Part shown: in pieces, positions 51,301-63,339 of the stretch
Layout of the letters: each line of letters begins with the position of its first letter
Position numbering within the stretch: the first letter of the stretch is position 1
From: Octopus sinensis
Lineage: Eukaryota
Assembly (NCBI RefSeq): GCF_006345805.1
Contig: NC_043015.1
Span: 19,034,001-19,098,000, forward strand
DNA length: 64,000 bases
Reading direction: 5' to 3'
Position numbers and translations under genes: made by a program
Notes under the pieces: model-generated
Databases searched by the model: none
What the model was told of the DNA's origin: nothing
The model's input: the letters and a program-made list of their open reading frames with translations, nothing else

Positions 51301-51626
51301 TATTCTCTCAGTTCCAGGGAATTTGTGACATTCATCATTAGAGATGGGAAGGCAGAAGGTAATTTATATCTATAGTTCTTACCTGATTGACAGTTTCTCC
51401 TTTATTCACTGCGAAATATGAACACTTATCTTGCCGACGCTCCATTTTCACAATCTGTTAGTGTTGTGAATATTACACGAATGCAACTAAAGAGGCTTCA
51501 TGACAAAAAAAGTGTAGGTGACATTAATCTTATTCTCTTCTGTAGGTCCTATCATGAAGCCTTTGCATTTTTAATAGGGTTGGAAAGGGGCTTCCTGCTA
51601 GGGTGAAAAGCATCACAAATAATATG

Positions 51627-51815
51627 TTAGCATAAAATATTACTCTTGATAATTCTGTTACTGACATTAGTAGTAGCTTGAGTTCTTATCGAGAGCTCTA
51701 TGCACCATTTCGTTGTCAGTCTCTTAATGGTATTGATTATAGTAGTTGGAACTTTGGCGAAGCGTAGTGACTCTAGTATTCGTAAGTGACTCTTGTCCCT
51801 TGAGTTACTCTGCAA
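51627..51815 (-). mobile_element. RLE-type LINE RT fragment
   Basis: SHLRILESLRFAKVPTTIINTIKRLTTKW. Confidence 0.6.
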
Positions 51816-51845
51816 CTTCTACCGATTATTAATCTTGTGTGTGTA

Positions 51846-51878
<33 letters not shown>

Positions 51879-51889
51879 AAGAATGTATA

Positions 51890-51944
<55 letters not shown>

Positions 51945-52268
51945 ACAAGGAGTAAATAATATTCAAATGAATATTTATATAGATATTTTTATCATTATCA
52001 GCGGTAAATTTAAATAATTGATAACAATAACAACAAAACTATAGGTGGTAACAAGTAATAATAGCGTTAAATAGCTAGAGAAAAAAATTTATAATTATAA
52101 TTAACTATAATTACAATAGAGGGCACACGAGGTGCCTACTTGCTAGAAAGAGGAGCTAAATCCTAAAGTAAACAACCGAATTACACAACCGATCAACAGA
52201 AATCGGGCAAGTAAGTAAAGATGATCAAGATCATCACAGATCGAAGGTGTAGAATGAAGAATCGGATA

Positions 52269-52323
52269 TACTTAGATCATGATTTCGAGTTCTGGCCACT
52301 GCCTTAACTCTCCTCAGCAAGTA
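52269..52323 (-). ncRNA. Type I hammerhead ribozyme motif (intact core)
   Basis: TACTTG-CTGAGGA-GAGTT..AACTC-GAAA-TCATGA-T-C-TAAGTA. Confidence 0.87.
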
Positions 52324-52411
52324 TTACTGTATGAAAAATGACCTCACCTTATAAAATCCGTAACGTTCTGAATTGTCCAACGCAAAGTTATGACGACTTC
52401 AGTGTGTAATA

Positions 52412-52467
<56 letters not shown>

Positions 52468-52469
52468 TA

Positions 52470-52505
<36 letters not shown>

Positions 52506-52546
52506 TGTATGTATGTATGTATGTATGTATGTATATAGATCTGTAA

Positions 52547-52616
52547 AAATAATATGTGACAATCACTCAGTAGCCAAGTTTTATCTTGGCTACCGAGTGA
52601 TTGTCACATATTATTT
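52547..52616. repeat. 32-bp fold-back (1 mismatch), same family as 31340-31535
   Basis: aaataatatgtgacaatcactcagtagccaag-ttttat-reverse complement; followed by a truncated HHR 5' half (52621-52666, minus). Confidence 0.9.
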
Positions 52617-53494
52617 AAACTTCGGATGCTGTGGTGGAAATCCACACCACCATCTCTTCAGTTATCTGGCCATCTGAAAAATGCTATGAAAAAAGACCGT
52701 TATACAAAGGGAAATTACTGCGTTATAGACCGCTAATTATACAAAAACGCTAATTCGAAAGACCGCTAATTAAGATAAGGTTAAAAGATTATAGTAAACG
52801 CGTAAGCGTGTCTGTTCATACGTACATATGTACGCTCGCACACCCACGTGCGTACGCATACATCACTATGAAAACGTACACATTTTCACTCGCATCTTTC
52901 GCCAAATATATATGCACATATATATGCATATATATATACAAATATATATATATGCATATATATATATACAAACTCACACACACACGCGTTCACCGTAAAA
53001 GTTCATACATACATCTACATACGCACAAGCACAAGAACAACAGGGCTAAGGGTAACAATACAGAAAAAAGGCATAAGTAAGTATACAAAGGTTAAACCAC
53101 GTTCATATACGGACATACTCTTATGCACGCACGCACACACACACACACGCCCATATTTGTACATACCCGCACACGTTTATATACGCATGTTATAATTATC
53201 AGCGGCAAATTTAAATAATTGATAATAATAACAAGTAGGCGCCTCGTGTGCCCTCTATTGTAACTATAGTTAATTATAATTATAAATTTTATTCTCAAGC
53301 TATTTGACGCTATTATTACTTGCCCCAACCTATATTTTTGTTGCAATTTCAACACCAAAAACAGGGTAATTTTGTTTGTATGTGTGTGTGTATGTATGCA
53401 CGTATGTATGCATGTATGTATATGTGCAGATTTGTATGGTTTGCTTTATGTGTGTATTCTCATGCATATATACTTGCATATCTAGACATGCTCA

Positions 53495-54370
53495 TATATA
53501 TTTAAGTGATTAACTTCTGGAAAGTTTTACGGATTTTTACAGTACCAGTTATGGATTGGATCTGTAGTCTTCGAATTAGTTGTCCCTTTTCTGATTTGGA
53601 GAAGCCCACTTTCTCAAGATTGGCATTTAGGCAGTGTGTTACATATCCCAAGTCCCCAATAATTACAGGTCTAAACCTGAACTTGTAATCTGGATAGAGT
53701 GACTGTAGATTTCTCAATAGTTCAGCGTAGGTATTCTCTTTTTCACTGATCTTCAGCTTTATGTTGGGCAGCTAATTTCCACAACTGTGCAGTTTTCTTC
53801 TCTATCCCAAATCATTATAACAGGTCTGTTGTGCTTACATTTTATTAAGGTCATCTCTGAGCCATTCCACCAGTACTCCTTTTTATTATGAGTGGATATG
53901 GCTTCTTCCGTACTGTGGGTTCTTATTTCTTTGTCCTCGGAATTATCTTTCCGAAGAATTTCATTATAGAGTGTCTCAACAACAACATCATGTCTCATCG
54001 GTAGATAATACCGTGATGACATTTTCGGACAACTGCTTATGATGTGGGTAATATCTTCGGTATTAACTCCACAAAGTCTGCATCGGTTGCCACACTTTCC
54101 TGCTTTTCCTGATTCTCTATCCCTTTTGTGCATCAGGTACTTGGCTGATACTTCCTGTTCCTGGACTGCAAACGCATACCCTTCAAAGTGGGAGGCTATA
54201 ATCCGGTTATTCGTCCATGATAAACTGCTTTGATGATGAATGTTACCATCATCTTGGAGCTTCCTACTAACATATCCATGCATAGTTTTCTGCTCATATA
54301 GGCTCATCCATTCATCTGATAATACATTGCGGTAGAGTCGTGCGACTTCTTTGGATATGTATTCTAGGTT
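53495..54370 (-). mobile_element. R4-like RLE LINE 3' fragment
   Basis: FEGYAFAVQEQE, CRLCGVNTEDITHIISSCP..RHD, NRPVIMIWD, VVEISCP, PVIIGDLG. Confidence 0.88.
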
Positions 54371-54799
54371 ATCAGGCAAAGAGTGTTGCTCAAGGAGCTG
54401 CCTTCCAAGTTTTACGATGTAATCAGCCTCATGAATGCAAGTTTGGTCAAGGGATGCATGTAAGTATGTATGTATACATGTATGTATTTATGTGTGTACG
54501 TGTGAGTGTGCGCGCGCGCGTTCAGAATAAAGAGCAAAAAAGCATGTTTCACAAGTCGCTCATAATTTAATTACGTTTAACAGTTCTTTCATTAGCAATA
54601 AACATTACAAATTTTATAATTACGAATTTAAGAAACATAATCAATTTAAATTAAATTAATATGCAATGGCGTTTATATCAAATCATCGGGAATATTATGA
54701 GCTATGATAATCAGAATCTGTTACTGGTTTAAATACAAACGAGACAAAGAAGAACCAATATGGCAAAAGAAAACAAGAAGTTAGAATATTTTCTCTTAT

Positions 54800-55010
54800 C
54801 TTTCACTTCTTTCAGTCATGACTGCGGCCATGCTGGGGCACCGACTTGGAGAATTTTAGTCGTGTAAATTGACCCCGGTACTTACTTTTTTTAAGCCTAG
54901 TACTTATTCTATCGGCCTCATGGGTTGAACCGCTAGAATATGGGGAAGGAAACGCACCAAAATCAGTTGTCGAGCGGTGGTGGGTGACAAACAGAAAGAT
55001 AGAAAGACAC
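54800..55010 (-). mobile_element. SINE tail fragment
   Basis: ttcagtcatgactgcggccatgctggggcacc...gcctagtacttattctatcgg. Confidence 0.82.
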
Positions 55011-55129
55011 ACACATATTGGTATCACGTCTACTCTCTTCATTGGCCACAACCTTCGTATTTCCCACTTCAAATCATAGTTTTTTTTCTTCTTCTTTCAT
55101 TCTGATCCTGTTGTCATTGGGGCATGCTG

Positions 55130-55813
55130 TGTCGATTATCATGCATATTCTTTTTCATTCACCACAACAATACTCGGTTTCTGATGTCTGGTCAGGTGGT
55201 TGTACTGGTTCATTGTATCCCACAGGATTTTGCATTTCTCATTTTCGGTGACTCCTTCTGGGGTTTGCTCATACCACGTCTTTGCTCTTTGTGAGCCGTG
55301 ATTTCCACAGGCCTCCCAATGGATCGTTCTTGCCACATTGTTACAGTGTCGTTTGTATTCGCGTTGTGTCAATTTCGGGCATTCGCTAACGATGTGCCAT
55401 ACCGTTTCACTCTTCTCACCATGCATTTTGCATTTACCGCTGTCGATAGTGTTGTCTATTCTGCATTTCACATAGTTGGTCTTCTGTTTCTATCTTCTGT
55501 CTCCTCCTCATCCATAGCTACCGGTCCTCTGTATCCATTATGATATTTACATCCCTTGCAAACTGATCTTACATTTTTTTCCTTCCATGCAGTTTCTTTT
55601 TTTCTTTTGTTAATTTCTTGTTCAAATTTTTCTTTCATTACACAGTTTTCAGTTTTGATGACGCCGGCCTTCTTCTATGTTTCAACAATGGCTCCACACC
55701 ATTTTTTACATACCATCCTAAGCTATTTTTCTCTGCTTCGATATAGTCCTGGCCTATTGCAGAGTGGAAGGCTGCGTGTACTGTCAGCATTTTTCTGGTC
55801 TTAGTATCCATTT

Positions 55814-55815
<2 letters not shown>
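55130..55815 (-). mobile_element. R4/Dong-like fragment
   Basis: MDTKTRKMLTVH; CKMHGEKSETVWHIVSECPKLTQREYKRH..CKILWD. Confidence 0.85.

Positions 55816-55890
<75 letters not shown>
55815..55890. repeat. (ATT)n array joining two R4-like copies
   Basis: Direct reading. Confidence 0.95.
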
Positions 55891-55891
<1 letters not shown>

Positions 55892-57615
55892 GTTTGACTT
55901 TTGCTTTATGTCTGTACAAGTTGGCTCCAAGTCTCACCCAGAGACCTCAAGAGACAACAGGTTGGAAGTTCTGTGCCATATATTTGGGGTTTTTTTGTGT
56001 GTGTTGTACTAGTGAATGTCTAATACATAAAAATAAAATTTAAAAAAAATAAAATAAAATAAAATAAATAAATAAATAAATTAAAAAAAAAGTTTGTTTT
56101 AAACCTCGGGATTACATAGAGAGTATTTTGCGTAGGATATGAGCAGTTCCCATGAGCACTATCTTTTGAGTTTCTGCCATTTTGGGGTTTCCTGGTATCT
56201 GAGTTAGGTAGCAATTAGTCCCTTTCGCTATCATTCCCAGGGCACCTATGACAACAGGTATTGTTTTAGTCTTCAGCTTCCACATTTTGCTGATTTCTAT
56301 TTCAAGATCTTTATATTTGCTCAGTTTTTGGTAGGTCTTGACAAATACGTTTATATCGATTGGGACAGTCATATCAATGAGGAGGCATGTTCTTTGTCTG
56401 AAATCTTTCAATATGATGTCTGGCCTATTTGCATCTATCTTCCTGTCAGTTTGAATGGTGAAGTTCCAGAGGAGTGAGATGTGGTCATTTTCAAGCACTG
56501 GAGGTGGATTGTGTTCCCACCAGTTTTTTTCATGGGACAAATCCAGGTTTTTGCAAATTACCCAGTGAATATATTGTGCAGCTCTATCATGCCTGTTGAG
56601 GTACTCTGTAGGCGCTAGAAGACTGCATTTGGAGACAACATGATCAATGGTTTCATTTTGTTGTCGGCATACACGACATGTTGGGCTACTGCCGTTCTTT
56701 AATATGTTGGCCTGGTAGTTTCTTGTTGGTAGGCATTGATATTGAGCTGCTATGATAAACCCCTCTGTTTCAGATTTTAAGCCAGAGGCCATTAGCCATT
56801 GATGGGTCAGGGCTTTGTCAATATCTGCATTATTCGCTCTCTTTGGGTATTTGCCATAGAGAGGTTTTTCTTGCCATTTATTATTCAGAATATCTAAGGC
56901 CGCAGTTTTGGCACGGGTTTTCATGCGCTTAGCTTTTTCTGTGCTTGTTTCTTGTATGTGTATCTCTAATTCCGAAATTGGTTGTATTCGGAATTCACTT
57001 AGATATTCCTTTGCCTGTTTTGTGACTGAGTATGATGCTTTCTTGTTTTCATGTTTTGAAACAAGTTTTAACATCCAGTCCTCAGAGTTTTTCAGGTAGG
57101 TGTCTAGGCCAATTGTAGCAATCTTCATTGTTATTGCCAGTTGTAAAAGACCACGGCCTCCCTCTTTTCTTGGCAGATAGAGTCGTTCTGTATCTGCCTT
57201 AGGGTGGTGCATTCTATGCATTGTCAACAGTTTCCTTATTTTTCTGTCGAGCTGACATATTTCAGTAATTGACCAGTTAACAATATTGAAACTGTAAGTC
57301 ACGACTGGTATAGCTAATGCATTGATCGCTTCGATCCTGTTTCTTGCATTCAGCTCTGTCTTGAGTATTGCTCTCACTCGTCGATAGCATTCTCTCCTGA
57401 TCCTTTCCTTCATCTCTGAATGCCTTATTCCGTTCCCTTCAATTACCCCTAGGTTCTTGTAGCTCTCCGCTGGTTCTAGTTCTTTTATGACATTCTGCTG
57501 GTCAAGGTTAACGTTAGATGTTTCTGTCATTTTTCCTTTGATAAAGGTAGCTTTTGCACATTTATCGAGGCCGAATTGCATTCTGATGTCGTCACTGAAT
57601 TGTTTGACTATCGCT
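55891..57615 (-). mobile_element. Young R4/Dong-like LINE, 5'-truncated, with open 489-aa ORF (RT C-terminus, CCHC, RLE) at 56112-57581
   Basis: MQFGLDKCA, CRVCRQQNETIDHVVSKC..NRHD, NRPDIILKD..LIDMTVP..K..KY (PD-D-K RLE), VVIGALG. Confidence 0.95.
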
Positions 57616-57859
57616 AGTTTCTATGGTGGCTAGTTTCTATGATGGTTTCTATGGTGGCATCAATATCAAGTATAGTTTTCATATTGTATTTTTTCAGTAA
57701 TTTTTGGGTTTTTGTAGGTTTGGTAGTCTTGTGAGCCTTAAGGTTTTTCAAATATTCAATGTCAGATTTTAATTTGTTGTTGCAGACGCTCTTGCCAAGA
57801 AGGCTTTTTGTGGGAATGCTGCCGTGTTCTAATCTTCACACCACATAGGATCACACCAC

Positions 57860-57860
57860 A

Positions 57861-57909
<49 letters not shown>

Positions 57910-57989
57910 GTCATTATTATTATTATTATTATTATTATTGTTGTTGTTGTTGTTATATATGCATGTTTTATACACACACACATGTACTC

Positions 57990-58085
<96 letters not shown>

Positions 58086-58159
58086 CATGCACACACGCAC
58101 ACGCACACGCTCACATGCACACACATACACACATACACACACACATACACACACGCACG

Positions 58160-58220
<61 letters not shown>

Positions 58221-58230
58221 TATATATATA
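57860..58230. repeat. (ATT)n/(AT)n/(CA)n compound microsatellite
   Basis: Direct reading. Confidence 0.95.
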
Positions 58231-58379
58231 TAAAGATCCAGGGATTGAAGTGTAGGAAGAAAGTTAGCTTCAAGCAAACTGTAGTAAATATTTAAAAGAA
58301 CTACCAGGGACAGTAGTCGTTTATTTAGAGGGGAGACTGTGGATTTTCATTCGTATCGAAGAGTGATAAACGGAAAAAA

Positions 58380-59345
58380 GTTATTTTTATATTTCACGGT
58401 AGGCGACCAGGATTGCCAGATACGCAAATAAGAATACAAGAGTTAAGGAATGGAGTTGATAAAATCCTGGCTACATATGTTTCATAGCAAGCGGAACCTC
58501 GGAAATGGTAAATATCCAAGCGAGGTGTATACCGCAGACTACTCTTCAGGCCAAGGATGTCTTGATTTAATGAAAGTTGACATTGTCGCAAGGAGGTACA
58601 TGTTAACACATAGAATATTCACTCAGAATGTGTAGAGAGCATAGTAGGAGAGGAGAATATAAATGTAGAGAGAAATATGGATTAAAAGAGGGAAAAATAA
58701 AGGAGTCAGAGGAATTTAAGCAAGGTTATTTGACAGGTAGTATTCAATGAGGCTGCTTTGGCCGAGTCACTGAAATTAGCAAGGGGAGTGGTATTTGAAA
58801 AATATAATGTGGAGGGAAGAGGGTGGGGAAATATGTTTGATCAAGGGTGAAAAAAAGGTTTACATGAAGAAAGTAAGAGAGAATGGGGAAGAATCGTGGC
58901 GGTTACTACTGGTTTTCAATTGTATATTGTGTGTGGTGAGCGTGTTTACAGTATGAAGTAGTAGAGGTGTATGTTGGCGTATGAACTTGTAATTTTACAA
59001 AGAGTGGTGGGATGAGGAGGCTGGTGAAATGGAAAAAAATTATGATACGGTAAAATACAGAGAGAAGTATGTAAATGACAATAGGGTATTGAAGGGAAGA
59101 TATGTTGTAGGTTTGATATATAGTGGTAGCAAAGGTAGATAAGAGGGAAAATTTATGAAGGTAAGGGGAGAAAAACAGGGTTGTTGTTATTTGTATTTTG
59201 AGAATAGATTTAGTGATCGATATTTACAGGTAAAAATTATACTGCGGCGTAAATTAAGACAATCTGGATTGCAAAATAGGTGAGACCCCGACTATGCAGA
59301 GATCACATTTATTATAGCTGCTGTATGGCTTGGCGTGGGTGATTA
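58380..59345 (-). mobile_element. PLE (Naiad-like) 3' end: endonuclease tail + long 3'UTR/pLTR with HHR
   Basis: AKPYSSYNKCDLCI at ~59290-59335 (minus); HHR at 58466; partial inverted copy at 59360-59529. Confidence 0.7.
58466..58556 (-). ncRNA. Type I hammerhead ribozyme motif with extended helix II
   Basis: CCTTGGC-CTGAAGA-GTAG..(51 nt)..CTAT-GAAA-CATATG-T-A-GCCAGG. Confidence 0.85.
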
Positions 59346-59759
59346 TGAACCACTTATATTTTTTCTTTTTTCCTTCTTTTAATCCTTATTTCTCTCTACA
59401 TTTATATTCTCCTCTCTCCTACTGTGCTCTCTGATTGAGTCTTCCGTGTGTTAACAAGTACCTCCTTGCGACAATGTAAACTTTTATTTAATCAAGATAT
59501 CCTTGTTCTGAAGAGTAGCCTGCGGTATATCACTATCCAAACATATAGGCAACTAAAAGCAAAAACACTCCGTTTAGAATCAAGTAGAACATACTCTCAC
59601 ACTCACAACCATACAAATGTAATAACAAACCCTGCCACATTCATGAACCAAATCCTGAACCGAAACTCTGACCTACTTTTTACATAGAAGCACAAAATCG
59701 ATTGTAATGACCAGAAAATTTTACGGACACAGAAACTGCCTTAGATATTAATTGGGAAT

Positions 59760-60660
59760 ATGCTGGAAGTAAAATGTCATTGCGAAAAGATGTGCAAGAA
59801 CATGAAAGGATTCGAAATACCCGCAAACCAAGACTGGCTGTGGAAAAGACGATTCACGGGTGTGGTGCACAGTTGTAGCATCTGGCAAAGCAAAGGAGAA
59901 TCTTTGGAAAGGAAGCACCGCACGCAACTGGAAGTCTCTCAGCCCCTGTATTGCCTCAAGTTCCCAGAGGGCCGATCCTACCCAGCGAGAAATCGAATCA
60001 AATAGCATGAAAAAAAAAAATCGAATCAAAAAGATGAAAAAAAAACAAAGAATGGCAACAGCTAAAATGAACGTCAGCAGGTATTGCTGAGCTAAAGGTA
60101 AATGTCCTTGTAACTATCATGTTCAGTCTGGAAAGAGATCGCTTTGGAACAGAAGTCAGACAAGTTACTACTAAAATCAAGAAGTAGCATAGCAGAAGAG
60201 AGATACTTCACCTGAGGAGAGAAGTCATGACCTTCAATATGCACTGTAAGAGATCTAGCAATGAAATGGAAGGTGTCAAGAATTTGACAAGTCAGCTCCA
60301 AGAACGTTTGGACAGACTTAGAAAGACAGAAAGAATCCAAAGGCAGTGGAAGAAAGCGAACGTACGCAGTTTACCAAAATCCTGCTTAAGTTCAATCGAA
60401 TACTGCTGGGTGAAACTAAATCAGGGAGATTGATCAGCCCCAGATAATATGTAGAAGCGTTTCTGAGACCAAAATCACAATCTCAAAAACCATGCCCTTG
60501 ATGCCAGCAGAGCTGAATTACCAGGAAACAAACTTGACAGCAGCTGTGTATCCTGGAAATAAGTGAAAGTGTAGAAGAAGAAGGCAGATGAGGATCACCT
60601 CCTGAACCAACTGGTTTGCCTTATAAAGTATATTTAAAAAATGCCAGATCAATAGCAAGT
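59760..60660 (+). mobile_element. HERO/NeSL-like RLE LINE N-terminal fragment
   Basis: CHCEKMCKNMKGFEI (N-terminal zinc finger), LQERLDRLRKTERIQRQWKK, and a ...GLPYKVY segment preceding RT. Confidence 0.6.
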
Positions 60661-60785
60661 CTTGTAGCCTGCATGCGTCCGTGCCAGATATGTTTCCTGA
60701 ATAGGACTGTCAACGTTGACATACATACATACATACATACATACATACATACATACATACATAGATACATACATACATACATATA

Positions 60786-60819
<34 letters not shown>

Positions 60820-60998
60820 CATACATACATGTAATGTTTAAAACATTTACGTAGAAATAATCGCATGCAATCTTACCGCATTCTGTAGCTCAACATTTCT
60901 AATATTTGATATATTGCCTTCATATGAGCAGTAATTACACACGCCCGGGCATCGGACTGACCATAACGGTTGTCTTATGTATAAATGTGTGTGTATGT

Positions 60999-61060
<62 letters not shown>

Positions 61061-62254
61061 AATAAATGAATGTGTATGTATATGTATGTAGTGTGTGATA
61101 AGGTTTCAGCAAGTAATACAGCACTTGATCAGCCAAGAGAGTAACTATCTTATAATAAAAAACTACACCTGATATAAAATACAGGTATTCAGGGATTCAT
61201 GGTCGAAATATTAACTTATTTCGCCATTTTCCAAGCTGTTAAAAGAACAAGACTGCGTTCGAAGTTGTTGACGTTTAAATAGAACGTACGTATCGAAAAA
61301 ACAAAACAGTGGAATCACATGGAGAAAAAACAGTGGGGAGATAATCAACCCTACAACAAACATAACCAGTGTCTTACGCATATCAGAATTGCGTAACCAG
61401 ACTGGAAAGGTTCATGATATGTGCGGTTGTCTATACTTAAGTTCCGCTAAAATGTATTTTTTAAATACGGACATAACGAAAACATCTTGTTTCCGGAATT
61501 TACACAATGATTAGAGGTTCCTAAGATTCTTTACAGTTTAACGAGGCAATAAATCGAGTAATCTTTATATTATAGATTTTGATCTTGGAACGGAGTTTTC
61601 ATTTGAGGTTATAGTTGATGTTTTCGTCTTTAAGTTTCCAGATTAATGCCACGAGGGTTGTTACATGTTTGTTTCTTCGCGGAGCCTAAAGGTAGAAAGA
61701 TGGTTGTTGTATTTGGAATTGAATTTTCCTTCCCCTGATTCAATATAACGCTTAGTTTGATGGTACCTGAGCTTCATAAAGAACGGAGGATATGTTGCAT
61801 ACAGAAATTCTTGGACTGAACTGATTCATTTAACAATTGTTAAACATTTTTATGTTCTTAACATGCTCTTGTCCCCAAAGAATGTATATGTATGTATTGT
61901 AGTACTCTGTGACAACCAATATTCTGTGCGTGTTTGAATATACAGATACAATACAAATATTCCACTGAACTTTTTAATAATTCCTTCTGGAAAATATCTT
62001 TAACATTTTCTTGAGAATGTATATTTATGTTGTAATCTTTTGTGCCCAAAATTTTAAGGAACTTGTTAAACTTTCTTATGTTCTTAACATGTTCTTGTTA
62101 CCAAAGACTGTATATATGTAATGTAGCATTTTGTAACAACCAATAATTAACGCAACCAAACTTTTACATGTTACTTTTGACAATCTTTTTCCAAAGTGTG
62201 AAACCGGTAAAGTAAATAAACATCTTTTAAAATTGCATTTTCAAACCTTCTTTC

Positions 62255-62310
<56 letters not shown>

Positions 62311-62315
62311 ATGTG

Positions 62316-62352
<37 letters not shown>

Positions 62353-62354
<2 letters not shown>

Positions 62355-62638
62355 AGGCACATGGCCTAGTGGTTAGAGCAGCGGATTCGAGGTCGAGGGA
62401 TCGCGGGTTCGAATTTCAGACTGGGCGATGTGTGTGTTTATGAGCGAAACACCTAAGCTCCATGCGGCTCTGGCGAACTTCTGCTGACTCTTTCGCCATA
62501 ACTTTCTCTCACTCTTTCCTCCTGCATCTTGCAGCTCACCTGCGACGGACCGGCGTCCCGTCCAGGTGGAGAACCTATACGCCAAGGAAACCGGGAAACC
62601 TGCCTTTATGAGGCGTGGCTCGAGAAGGAACAAACAAC
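62353..62638 (+). mobile_element. tRNA(Arg)-like SINE with V/Meta-like central domain (family B)
   Basis: tggcctagtggttag A-box, TCG anticodon loop, gggttcgaat B-box; tgcgacggaccggcgtcccgtccagg...gaaaccggg. Confidence 0.8.
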
Positions 62639-63339
62639 TGTCTCTTCTAAAGGATGAAACATATATATATATATATATCTATATCTGTATGAATATATGT
62701 ATGTATGTGTGCGTGTGTCTGTGTGTAAACACGTACACACACATACATACGTATGTATTTGCATAGAGTTGTCTCAAAAATCTCACTTGTCGGCTTGTAG
62801 ACTTTCTCATTAGTGCGATTGCGTTTGAGTCGATTTCTAATATTTTTTATGTATTTTACATATACAGAAATACAGTTTCGTCGTTTCCGTTGAAGCTTTT
62901 CAGTTTACTTCATTATTGTTAAATTTTATTCCTTCAATAATAAGGTACGCCTCGCTCTAAGTAAAAGCATAAATTAATTTTGTTTATGTCATATTTTACT
63001 GAACATTAACACAACTGGATATTTATGAGTCCCAAAAGTTGATTTTTCTTTTAAAAAAAAGGCTATTACACCAATTGTAAAATACAAATAGTATGTCATT
63101 AGAAACGTAGAAAAAAATCAGTGGTTTTATAATCACCGGATCTTTAAAAATTTAATAATGATAAAGTATGGCAACATTGGAAAAAATATCTGTAGTTTTG
63201 GATAGAAGATAGTACCCAATGTTCCAGTTCTCATATGTCTAAGAATGTGTGTGTGTGTTGAGAAGCAGAAAGTCGTTATAATTTTGGATAATTATTTATT
63301 TAGCGTTTTCATCTCATTTCAGAGATTCAACTAGTGACA

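Noticed and set aside
62353-62425. tRNA-Arg gene (also tRNA-like heads at 988 and 50200)
   Set aside because: Imperfect cloverleaf, continues into a SINE body, and no Pol III terminator.
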